DNA of 64,000 nucleotides from contig NW_015166417.1 of assembly GCF_001447785.1 (NCBI RefSeq), positions 2,245,030 through 2,309,029 of the forward strand. The letters run 5' to 3'. Each line of letters opens with the position of its first letter. Positions within the stretch are counted from its first letter, which is position 1. Source of the DNA: Gekko japonicus. Its lineage: Eukaryota. This document shows, piece by piece, positions 27,315-38,760 of the stretch. Under the pieces are notes generated by a model. It was given only the letters and a program-made list of their open reading frames with translations. It was not told where the DNA came from and searched no databases. Made by a program: the position numbers and the translations under genes.

Positions 27315-27536
27315 CTGTAAAAGTAGAAAAAGCTCCAATGTTTAGGTCATTCATTGACTAAAGTTTTCTAAAACAAAATGTCTGAAGAGTACCTCTATTT
27401 GCATATATGCCTGATGCATATTATATATGTGACAACATAAATAAAGTAATTCAGTGGGGGCATGATCACCTCATAGTGTTCTCTAAAACAGAAATCTTTG
27501 GAGAATTACTGCTGATGGATGATACCAAAGGAAAAT

Positions 27537-27722
27537 TCAGGCAGCTGTGATGGCCTGAAGCAACAGAACAAAGTTTGAGTCCAGTGGCACCTTTAAGACC
27601 AACAAAGTTTAATTCTGGGTATAAGCTTTCGTGGGCATGCACACTTTGTGCATGCCCACGAAAGCTTATACTCAGAATTAAACTTTGTTGCCCTTAAAGG
27701 TGCCACTGGACTCAAACTTTGT
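27537..27722. mobile_element. Penelope-like terminal fragment forming a 155-bp near-perfect palindrome
   Basis: Arms acaaagtttgagtccagtggcacctttaag... and ...cttaaaggtgccactggactcaaactttgt; flanking 13-bp direct repeat accaaaggaaaat. Confidence 0.8.
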
Positions 27723-28043
27723 ACCAAAGGAAAATGTAAGCAGCCCACTACAGGAAGTTCAAATATTCAAATATTGAAGTACACATTCAAAATGTATCTC
27801 TGATTAATTCTGAATGCACTGAAATAACTGAAAATGAAGCTGCCCTATACTGAATCAGGCCATCAAGGGCAATACTGTCGACTCAGACTGGCAGTGGCTC
27901 ACCATGATTTCCAGTAGAGGTCTTTCACATCATCTACTACCACCAGTCTTTTTAGCTAAAAATGCCAGAAGTTGAACCTGTAACTGTCTACATGACAAGC
28001 AGACCCTCTAACACTAAGCCACAGCCCCTTCCATAGTTGTATA

Positions 28044-28247
28044 CAGTGTTCCCTCTAAGCTGAGTTATTGTGAGCTAGCTCAGTTTTTTAGCCTCCAGCT
28101 CATACATTTTTGCCTTAGCTCAGGAAGGATGGCTCCAGAGCAAACTAATTGATGCGGTAGCCAAATCACTTGCTCACAACTTTAATGCCAGTAGCTCACA
28201 AAGTAGAATGTTTGCTCACAAGATTCCACAACTTAGAGGGAACATTA
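28044..28247. mobile_element. hAT-like MITE
   Basis: TIR cagtgttccctctaag / cttagagggaacatta. Confidence 0.75.
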
Positions 28248-28485
28248 TACGTTATTAAACAAAACATTGAAAAGGGATGGATCCACATTATATGTTATTA
28301 ATGTTTGTAAGCCACGTTGTTTTGAAGAAGTGGGAAATAAACAAAACATTGAAAAGGGATGGATCCTGTGACTGTCTTCTGCTAAGCGACAACTCTTGCT
28401 GCAGGGATGGAGTCTTAGGATCCAGTCACCTAATGAACCATTCATTATTATTTTTACAGTGATCAGCTCTNNNNNNNNNNNNNNN

Positions 28486-28670
28486 AAAGAACTAGAACCT
28501 AGTCCAGTAGCAACTTGGAGACCAACAAGATTTGGGCAGTATAAGCTTTCAGTAGTCAAAGTCTGAGAAAGGGAGCTTTGACTCTTGGAAGCTCATGCCT
28601 CCAAAATCCTGTTGGTCTCCAAGTTGCTACTGGATTTGAATCTAGCTGTTCTACTGCAGACCAACATATA
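28486..28670. mobile_element. Penelope-like inverted terminal fragment
   Basis: agtccagtagcaacttggagaccaacaag...gttggtctccaagttgctactgga inverted arms; same family as 53266-53470. Confidence 0.75.
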
Positions 28671-28748
28671 TCCCCTCTCTGAAACGATCAGAAACAAAAT
28701 GTCCATGTGATGCTCCCCAACAGTCAAAAAAGCTATAACATGCCTTAC

Positions 28749-28963
28749 CTTATAACACTTTTGCTACATGCTAACTCGTTAACGAGGAAAGCAAGTACGG
28801 ATGCTTTCTGAGCTGGTGGTTGTGCCTGGAAAGCTTTGGTTTTCAAGCTTTCTGTGAGCTCAGTTTGCCCACAGTGGCCTTCCATAAAAATCTGCAGAAT
28901 TTCAGACACGTTGTCTCTGTTGATGCCAACATTCAGCAAATGATCCCCAAGGATTGTTTTAGC
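28749..28963 (-). CDS. BAZ2B: BAZ2B exon AKTILGDHLL...ELACSKSVI(S), WHIM1 region
   Basis: tccatag|GCT AAA ACA ... ATA AG|gtaagg; 215 nt; phase 0 to 2. Confidence 0.95.
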
Positions 28964-30877
28964 CTATGGAAAAGTTTTCTCGTAAACAGCGGTACATAAA
29001 ATAGCGTAATACTGACAGCATAAGTGGAACATGTGTTTCTATTTCATAGCAAAGGGCGCGGGGGGGGGGCTTAAGCCATAAAACAGAGGCATCACCATTT
29101 GCTGACACGCTGGAACTTCCTTAATAGTTTGCATCCTCTCTGGGTTTTAAATTTCCTTGATTTGACCTTTACAAATAGTCTGGAGGTTTAGCACAAGAAC
29201 TGCCAAAAGGAGAGGGGTTGGGGGAGGGGATCTGCCAGGAGCAGTTTCCTTCTAAGCAACTTCCCTGCCAAACTCAAAATTGTGTTTTTAAAAAAATTAA
29301 AAATAAGTTAATTTAAAAATAGGTCAGCTGTTACAGAGAACTAGTGGGGGATAAGGAGGGGGGAAGGTGTTGAGAAACAAAAAAAATCTGGAGCAGGATC
29401 ACAAAACAAGTACAAAGAGAAAAGGCAAAAGTCATCACATAGTAATGTTGGGCAACAAGTCTGATGGTTTTAGGAAACTTGATAAGCTAGATACTATTAA
29501 TCCCTGTTGAAATCCAGAAATCTTGGACATATGAGATTAGTAACTGATTCAGCACCATTGTTTTAGTGTCGATGTTTTAATATGTTTCATGTTTTAATTA
29601 TGGCACGGTTAATACCCTGCCCTTGTTAGCTGCCCTGAGCCCACTGGGAAGGGTGGAATACAAATGTGAAAAATAAATAAATATATAAATAAATAATATA
29701 TACAAATAAAATAAATAAATGAAAGTCTTTACTGTAAACACCAGGTTGGCTAATAAAACTATCATCTGTGATCTGGCCTGTCTGAGGTCCAAACTTGCAC
29801 AAATTAAAGAAACCTAACCATTGCGGCCTACAGGCTAATGTTTGCTCGACTGTTCTACCTGGATTCTTCATAAAGTATCAACATAGTATCAGAGTAAATG
29901 GGGGAGAAAATTGAATGGTGATCTGTGAAAATATCTTATTCCATAGAAGTAGTGACAGTGGCTTTTCCCCTCAATCTGATCAAATTTTCCTCTTTACCAC
30001 AGAACCCCATTCCAGTTTCAGGTCTACTTCTGATTTTGGACCTACTTCTGGTTTCAGGCCTCCTTCCAGTTGGGAGTGATGCTGTGGTTTTGGTCTGAAG
30101 CTGAATTTACCCCAAAACCAGAGTGTTACCCTGGACCAGAAGTAGGCCCGAAACCAGAAGTAGGCCTGAAAGTGCCCAACATCACTTCTGGTCTCTCAGA
30201 AGGATGTTAGGAGACCCCCCCCCGACCAGGTAAGTCGACCTGGCAACCCTATTCAGAAACAATAATAATGACTGCATCCACACATAACTGAATTTTCCTG
30301 TGTGGACAAAGCTAATACAGTTGCAAATGATTGCTATAGCACAATAATAGTGCAACATAAAGCAAGCAATAGTTTTATTCTTTAAGAATACTTTGAACCA
30401 TTTCTCACAAAATCCTTTCCAAATAGAAAAGTAGGTTCCAGGGAGAAGATTTCTAGTCTGAGTTCCTTATCTGCAGGGATTTTTTTTAATAGATCAAGTC
30501 ATGTGAAAGCCCACATGCAATCTCAAACGGTACAGCACAGAAACAGGCTTACCCTCTCCTGTCTATGAGAACTAAGACGTTACAACAAACCTTGGTTTGT
30601 CATTATGCTCAGGCGCCTTCAGCTTGTTTGCTCCCTTTCCCTTCTCCCCTTGCATGCCACTCTGAAACAGAAGACTTCCACAGTTTAGGCCAACCACATT
30701 TAGTCATTTCAAATTAGAAGGAGGGAGGGGGAGCATGTGAGCCTAAGGACTTTCAAAACTCATTCCTGTAATGACAAAGCCCATTGTTGACATTACTTCT
30801 GAAAATGCAGTCATGGTTAGCAGAGTATTAATTGATCATTTGGCTAAAGCTGAGGACACCTGAAGAGTATTCGTTAC

Positions 30878-31132
30878 CTTGTATCCTGTTACCAGCCCTG
30901 GGTCACAAATGGCAGCGGAGAGCAACCTCACAAGCAGATCTTGTACTTCTCCCATGCTGTCACCTATATTTAACAGCCCCTCCTGAAGAACACTTAAACT
31001 TGGGACGTCCAGGTTGACATCAAAGCCGAGAACTTTCCCAAAGTTCCGCAAAAACTGCACCACCATGAGGCAATCTGAAAATGTACTTCCAGAGAGAACC
31101 AGGCCTGGAATGCGAGGCAACTCTGGCAAAGG
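30878..31132 (-). CDS. BAZ2B: BAZ2B DDT-domain exon PLPELPRIPG...DPGLVTGYK
   Basis: cttttcag|CCT TTG CCA ... TAC AAG|gtaacg; 255 nt; FSDCLMVVQFLRNFGKVL DDT signature. Confidence 0.96.
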
Positions 31133-31599
31133 CTGAAAAGCAGAGGAACAGTCATCACCCATCAATGAGAACCGCTCACCAAACTCAATGCAACATTTGG
31201 ATATAGTTCAGAAAAGTTTTAAGAGAAGCTGCTACCCCCATACTTTAAAGGGGTGAAATGTAGATTACTAGAGACTTCTAAAGAAAGTCTGGTCTCGCAA
31301 AAGTCTGAGAAATAGGCCACTTGAAGTCAAAACTATCAAACGTTCACTACCAACTTTAAAAACAAAACAAGGAAACCCATTCTCTCATTTATCCATTATT
31401 ACTTTATAGTGATCATTTGAACAGAGGCAGCATTTAAACACCGAAGTAACATCAAGCAATCTAAAATAGAACGGGAATGATTTTAAGGCAACTATAGTAA
31501 GAAAAATTAATTATTATAACAATGGTAGACGAAGAAAAGGGGAAACAGTGTGAAAAGTGGCAGGGACATAAAAGAGCAAATTTACATTATTCTGATTAC

Positions 31600-31740
31600 C
31601 TTCTGGTCTGCTAAGCACATATCTTCATTAGGCTTCTTTAGCTCCTTAGCTATTTCTAATTCCAATCTTCGCTGTTCCAGTTTACGCTCTTTATTTAATC
31701 TCTTTTCATCTCGTTTTTCTTGCTTTAACCGTTCTTTCTC
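31600..31740 (-). CDS. BAZ2B: BAZ2B exon EKERLKQEK...EDMCLADQK
   Basis: tatttaag|GAG AAA GAA CGG ... CAG AAG|gtaatc; 141 nt; phase 0/0. Confidence 0.95.
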
Positions 31741-34700
31741 CTTAAATAGCACAGGAAGGATAGAAAATTAAACCCATACATTCTTCTGACAAAGGAATAA
31801 TTTAAGAATTTGAAAAGCACTAGTTACATAATCTTAATAACCACCACAGCAATTAAACCACTTGGATTAAAGAAAAGCGAGAGAAAAGAGGCACACCCTA
31901 ACTTTAAAAACACAAGAGGAATCATTCTCTGTGTGTGATAAGGTATTCCATACTGCTCTTACAAGCAGGTGGCAATGTTTATAGGAGATCTGTATTTACT
32001 TCATAGGTCTTTAAGAAGGTTGCACGCCAAGCAGGTTACCCAGTGTGATTTGTGTCAGGACTCACTAGTTCTCAGTTATATATTATGTTTTCAGTTCTGG
32101 GGATAAATCTTTGGATACATGAAGTCATAATACCAAAAAAATGACTATGAGTACAGAGTGCCTTTTCTATATAGCTGAGAAACCATATCCTGCCCCTGTA
32201 TACCTAAGCAGCAGGTTTTCAGGGTTCTCAGTACAGCTACCAGTCTGGGTTCAGTCGCCAGTACATCTTTTCAGAAATTAAGCATTGATGAAAAGGTAAA
32301 GTAATTTTGCTCAAATGAGAGATTTTTGTTTGATGTGCAAGATACAAAAATCTCTTTCTTCAAGCATCATGTGGGTGCAAGTGCTCTCCAGTGTCTGAAG
32401 ATACAGTGGAAATGGGAGTAGCCATCCACAGATATTTTAAAGGGGTGTGGTGTCTTTAAAACCTGTTACAGGAACAATTGGCACCCTAGTCATCCTCAAC
32501 AATAAGCTATGCATACTTGATCAATCACAGGCATATGGGGTTGCCAGCCTCCAGTTGGGGCCCAGAGATCACCCCAGAATTTCAAATGATCTCTAGATAA
32601 CAGAGATCAGTTCACTTGAAGAAAATGGCATTTGGAGGGTGGATTCCATGGCATTATACTAGGGGTCCTCAATGTGGAGCCCATGGGTACCACAGTTCCC
32701 GTGGACACCTTTCCTGGTGCTCGGCAAATGCATCATAAAGTAGCTGAGGCTAGATGAGGCTTCTGCCCATCATGGCTTCTGAATGGCTGTACAGATTAAA
32801 AGGCATCCTACTAAACAGAGCTTCTGCTTGAAATGTTGAAGAGGTACTATTAGAGTTATACATAAAACGTCACTCCCTGACATTTTGTGGTTGGGTCTGC
32901 CTCCTGTGGCAACCATTTAGTGATCGGCTTCATGTTCTGTGGCAGCCATTTTGTGGTTGTGCCCACCACCCTGTGTCAGAATTCCAAAGGTGTCTGCGGG
33001 CTCAAAAAGGTTGGGGGGAGCGCCCCTGCATTATAACCCATTCTATTGTATTATGTGGTATAAAATCCTTCCTCTCCCCAAACCCAGCCATTCCCAGGCT
33101 GTACCCCCAAATCTCCAGGCATTTTGCAGCCCAGAGTTAGTGACTCTGCATATATATGAGTCATTTGTTTTCTCTGAAGTAATCACAACCTTATCTGTTT
33201 GCAGTGCAAATCATGACATATAATTTATATATGTTGTGCAAAAAATGGCAACTGCCATATCTGTTTGATTCTAAGGACAACTGACCAATATTCTTAGAGC
33301 TTCTTAAAGCTACACAAACGATTTTGGCTAAGATATGAAAAGGAATCTCAGAACTGCTTCAGAATATTAGCAACTCAGAATAAACCATGCTGAACCAGAT
33401 ACCAGTGTATTTCATGAAAAAAATAAGTTACTTCTTATCTGAGTATATGAAAAAATAGGGTTAAAATAATGTTAGCTTGATGTTTGACTAGACGCCCAGA
33501 TTATCTTCCAAGGCCAGAATAGAAAGGTCACAGCAATTTTATGGTTTTTGAAATTATGTGGAACAGCCTGCTATTTCCCTCTCTGGATAGGATATTTCAC
33601 GGTGCTGATCCTCAAAAACAAACAAACAAAACTTAATACTTTGACAAGTCAAAGTCCCAAAACAAGGTAATGAAGTTTACCATAATAGCTGTTAAAGTAT
33701 GGGCCTGTTGGGATTAGGGTTGCCAAATGTCTCTTACCTCCTCGGCAGGGGACCCCAGGCTATCTCCTGGTGCGCGCGCGCATGCGCCGCACCTACATCC
33801 CCTGGATGTGACGTCGCACGCTGGGGGCGGGGCCACAGCCATTTGAGGGGAAAACNNNNNNNNNNNNNNNNNNNNNNNNNNNNNNNNNNNNNNNNNNNNN
33901 NNNNNNNNNNNNNNNNNNNNNNNNNNNNNNNNNNNNNNNNNNNNNNNNNNNNNNNNNNNNNNNNNNNNNNNNNNNNNNNNNNNNNNNNNNNNNNNNNNNN
34001 NNNNNNNNNNNNNNNNNNNNNNNNNNNNNNNNNNNNNNNNNNNNNNNNNNNNNNNNNNNNNNNNNNNNNNNNNNNNNNNNNNNNNNNNNNNNNNNNNNNN
34101 NNNNNNNNNNNNNNNNNNNNNNNNNNNNNNNNNNNNNNNNNNNNNNNNNNNNNNNNNNNNNNNNNNNNNNNNNNNNNNNNNNNNNNNNNNNNNNNNNNNN
34201 NNNNNNNNNNNNNNNNNNNNNNNNNNNNNNNNNNNNNNNNNNNNNNNNNNNNNNNNNNNNNNNNNNNNNNNNNNNNNNNNNNNNNNNNNNNNNNNNNNNN
34301 NNNNNNNNNNNNNNNNNNNNNNNNNNNNNNNNNNNNNNNNNNNNNNNNNNNNNNNNNNNNNNNNNNNNNNNNNNNNNNNNNNNNNNNNNNNNNNNNNNNN
34401 NNNNNNNNNNNNNNNNNNNNNNNNNNNNNNNNNNNNNNNNNNNNNNNNNNNNNNNNNNNNNNNNNNNNNNNNNNNNNNNNNNNNNNNNNNNNNNNNNNNN
34501 NNNNNNNNNNNNNNNNNNNNNNNNNNNNNNNNNNNNNNNNNNNNNNNNNNNNNNNNNNNNNNNNNNNNNNNNNNNNNNNNNNNNNNNNNNNNNNNNNNNN
34601 NNNNNNNNNNNNNNNNNNNNNNNNNNNNNNNNNNNNNNNNNNNNNNNNNNNNNNNNNNNNNNNNNNNNNNNNNNNNNNNNNNNNNNNNNNNNNNNNNNNN

Positions 34701-34891
34701 NNNNNNNNNNNNNNNNNNNNNNNNNNNNNNNNNNNNNNNNNNNNNNNNNNNNNNNNNNNNNNNNNNNNACTTGTTGTCCGAATTTAGAATTTGTTAGCCC
34801 TTGTGCTGTTAAAACTTGTTAGCCTATGTGCTTTACGGATGTTGGAGTTGTCTCGAAACGAACAACCACTCGAGATGTTCGTATCGCTCAC

Positions 34892-34915
34892 CTTCCGTAT
34901 TTGACGTCCTGTGTT
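34892..34915 (-). other. Candidate 24-nt microexon NTGRQIRK
   Basis: tttctatgttttcag|AAC ACA GGA CGT CAA ATA CGG AAG|gtgagc; CpG-rich, non-repetitive flanks. Confidence 0.45.
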
Positions 34916-36163
34916 CTGAAAACATAGAAATTATAAACATCATCAAGCGTCAATTCTGTACTAGTTATTATTGTCTATTCATTGTGATTTGTGAACTTTA
35001 CAGCAATTTCTCATCATTATTATTGTACTGCTTGTAGTGGAGGCTACATATACCCTAACAAATTTATATGAGGGAAGAGAACATCACACTTAGATACCGG
35101 CAAAAGTAACCTTACTGCCATCAAGAGAGGGGAAGCATGCATAAGTATTTTATATCAGCTATGCTAGGAGGGTACTGAATAAATAGGGTAATAAATGCTC
35201 TTTCCAGAGGGATACAATTTACAATGAAGAATATGAGATATTATTTGTTTAAGGACAACACACAGCATTATAGAAAAATATAGGCAATAGAGAAGGAAGT
35301 AAAAGAAAGCTCTGACCAATTGTTATAAAATTTTACAGCATCTATGACTGTATACCCTTTGTGCCAGAGCATTTCAAGTATAGATATGGTCAGTGCTTCT
35401 TCCACCTCTTTTTATGATTCTGCTGGGTACCTTAGATTTTTGTTTGGGGCTTAATTAAAAATGAAATCTGTTTTCTGTGACTTGTACTCAAATTTAAAAG
35501 GCATAAATATATTTTAAGATTCAAAGGAATAGTGTAGACTGCAAAGAAAATTAAAACCAACAATGAAGTTGATACTTACACAAGGCAGATCCAAAAACTA
35601 TAAGCGCTGTATAGGATGTTGGAAGATGAAGATAGGTGTGTGTGTCTTACAGAAATATATTTGTCTTATGCAGACAAATTGGTCTCCCACATCACTCTAG
35701 ATAGATATATTTCTAAACTTAACCTTGCTGACAAAATTCTTAAAAAAAAACAGATGAAAACATGAGTGCATTTAGGAGCCTGAACATTCTGCAAAGAGCA
35801 AAGGACGGGTCAGGGCTCCCAGTGCTAAATGCAAGACCTCCCTTTGATTACATGTTGGAAGCATTTATGCTACTGATTTACCACAGGGAACAGGCCTTCA
35901 GGTTGGATCTCATGAAGCAAATCCACCCAAGCAAGGGGAGGGTGATTTTTTGCCAACCCCTCTCTCCCACAGCAGCCCTCCAACTCCCCACTCATGCCGT
36001 TCGGGGGGGGGTCCCCATTCTCCAGGAGCAGCCTTTTGGGAGGAATGGTGGGCTGCAGCAGGAGGGTGAAGGTGAGAAAGTCACGCTATGACAGTGCAAG
36101 TCCTACCACTCACAGTAAATTTTCATGGGCTCAAAGAGTTGATGTGATACAGAAACTCTACAC

Positions 36164-36597
36164 CAGGGGTGTCAAACATGTGGCCTGGGGGCCACATCAG
36201 GCCCCCGGAGGGCTTCTATCAGGCCTACAGTGGAACTGGCTGTCTTCTGCTTCTTCTTCCAGTACTGCTGCCGCTGCGTCATCATAGGTTTGTGGCTTAC
36301 AAATACACACCTGAACAGCATCCTCGAGATTGCAACAGCACAGACATTTTGATGCAATAATTCAGAGCAAGAGGTGTCAGTTATCAGACACTGTTACATA
36401 AACAAAATATTGCAAGAGTGCTAATGTTTTAAGCATGTTTTTATTTTAAGTAAAAAAAACACCTTTGTGTTTGTGTCCTTTATATAGTTTATATCTCCAC
36501 TACCTGGCATTACATTTTATGACACACATGGCCCAGCCCAACAAGGTCTCATTTATGTCAGATCTGGCCCTCATAACAAATGAGTTCGACACCCCTG
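36164..36597. mobile_element. Non-autonomous hAT (Charlie-like) element
   Basis: TIR caggggtgtcaaac / gttcgacacccctg; perfect 8-bp TSD ctctacac. Confidence 0.9.
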
Positions 36598-36991
36598 CTC
36601 TACACATTTTAGGAGAGGACAACATTTGGCCTCTTGGATCTTATCTTGTGGACTCAATGCTCCTAATAACAGCACAACTTTCTGGCAAGTGGAACCTGAT
36701 TTCCTCTTGGTTTTAATGGCAACTATGTTTACCTTTCCCTCCATGCAGAGGATGCAGCAATAGATATAGCAATCCAAGCCCTCCTTGTACTAGAGTGGCT
36801 AATATAGTTGAGAAGATCAGGCTGTTTACCAATAAACAATATTAATGTATTATGGGTAAGCATTTTTAATTTACTGTGTCTATATAACAATATGATCTGT
36901 ATAATAGATGTTATTTAGAGAGTGCTTAAACTACAATACCAAAGAAGTATTAAATTTATGCCTTTGTTGTAACAGCAAGTTGGCATATTAC

Positions 36992-37054
36992 CTTTAGTTC
37001 CTTTGTGTTTCTTTGCCTTATTCGAGTGGAATAAAAATTATTCCACCATAACCC
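36992..37054 (-). other. Candidate unannotated 63-nt exon GLWWNNFYSTRIRQRNTKELK
   Basis: ctctgccaacag|GGG TTA TGG ... CTA AAG|gtaata; only frame 0 is open, matching the host intron phase. Confidence 0.4.
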
Positions 37055-38730
37055 CTGTTGGCAGAGTAATTAACACAGCAACGGAGCACAACTTGATTAA
37101 AGAGTATTTAAAGGTTTCTTTAGAAATTAAGAGACTTAATAGGAAAGAGGAGAGACAGAGATAGGTTCCTAACAAGATCTCTAGCTGAGAGAGAAAGACT
37201 GAGTATGGCACTTCCCAGAAGTAATGGGAAATTGCCCTGAGAGTAGCAATCTGGAGACAGACAAGGAATGAGTAGGTGCTGATGACCTTACTATCCTATC
37301 TAATTGTCTTCTTACTGCCCCCTGCAGGGTCTTCTCTTCTTTGTTCACCAGACATTGCCTTTTACAACAGTATTTTGGGTTGCTACAACAACCCACAAAA
37401 ATGGGGTGGAGGATAGCCAGAAGGCAGCAGCTGGAACAAGGAGGCAGGGCCACCAAGAGAGGGGTACTGGGGAGACAAAATTTGGGGGGCCCAAGTCAGC
37501 TGGAAGGCCCCTAAGGCCAGCCTCATGCTGCATTCACCCAATGTATTTTTAAAAAATTTCTAATGCAGTTCTGACTGCAGATACTAGGAGCACAGGGAAG
37601 GCAAAGCTTTTCTGCAAAGTTTAGGAGGCTGAGGGAAACCATTTGGTGATCAGATCCTGCTAAACCCATCAGCCAAGCCACCAGCCAGGACAAGCTAGTC
37701 ATTGTCAGGATGCAGACTCCTCACAAGGGCATTATCTATGTTTTCCCTCTTTCTTTAGTTTCACCTAGCTCCTGCACAGCCAGATCTTGCAAAGGGGCAA
37801 TCCTGTTAAGAGTGTGGTAGAACCCGCCTTCCCCCCAAAAAAAACCCCTTTCATTGTCTTTAAAAACTCTTTCCCACACTTTTCTCCTGCTTTGTTTTGC
37901 TCTCTTCCTTTCATGATCTGCCATTCGTCTATCCCCACTTCTAATTTTTTCTCCCCTCCCCCTTATTCTTCAGCCTCAACTCTTCATCTTTCATGCTTGG
38001 CAACTTAGATTGTACTTAATAGTAGTATAGCAGCAAATCTTTGTTAATATTATGAACAGATAGGAGGAAGTTAATATTTTCCCATAATCTGTCAAAGTAG
38101 TAAAAGCATGCTTCCCCTTCCTCCACCCTTTACATACATAATAATAGAATGCTAATCTGCCTTAGTGGTAACAATTGAGGACAGGAAGTTAGAATATTTA
38201 TTTACTTTATTTATATCCTGCCTTTTGTCCCAAGGGGGACCCAAAGGGGCTTACTTCATTTTCCAACAAGCTATGTCTGCCACAAGTGGACAGACATATA
38301 GACATGCAGATACTTTTATTATTATAGATGCGTGGTAAGAACCAGTTAAGATATTTGTTTTGTTCTGATATTTAGTTTGGGGGGGGGGGGGGGGGGGGGG
38401 GAGGCAGAAGGAATCTTTGTCCGGGGCCCATGGTGGCTCTCAGCAGCCCTGCAAGGATGACGACAGTGGTGGTGGCCAACAGGAGAATGATGCAAGGTGG
38501 TGACCTGGAGCTGGCACGAGTGAGTCAGGACGGGATTCCCTTTTACCACAGCTCCTCGCAGGTCCTCTGCTTGTGTTTATATAATGTATTGTGAGCACTC
38601 ATTTGCGTACTGATTTTGTGTATCCCCATGTGTTTGCATTCTTCAAATAAGGAATCACGTCTCTTGAGGCTAGGTGGTCTGGGACCTTAGTGGGCTGACT
38701 CGACCTGCAGGCTGTGTTTGTGTGACTTAC

Positions 38731-38760
38731 CTTTAGCTGCATTATTCATTCAGCACTACA
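38731..38760 (-). other. Candidate unannotated 30-nt exon (in-frame TGA followed by ATG CAG CTA AAG)
   Basis: catatttgcag|TGTAGTGCTGAATGAATAATGCAGCTAAAG|gtaagt, a perfect-consensus donor; no transcript evidence available. Confidence 0.35.

Noticed and set aside
33699-34787. Long ORFs spanning N-runs (also 6729-7169 beyond the exon, 41573-42478, 47460-47837)
   Set aside because: Their length comes from assembly gaps translated as X.
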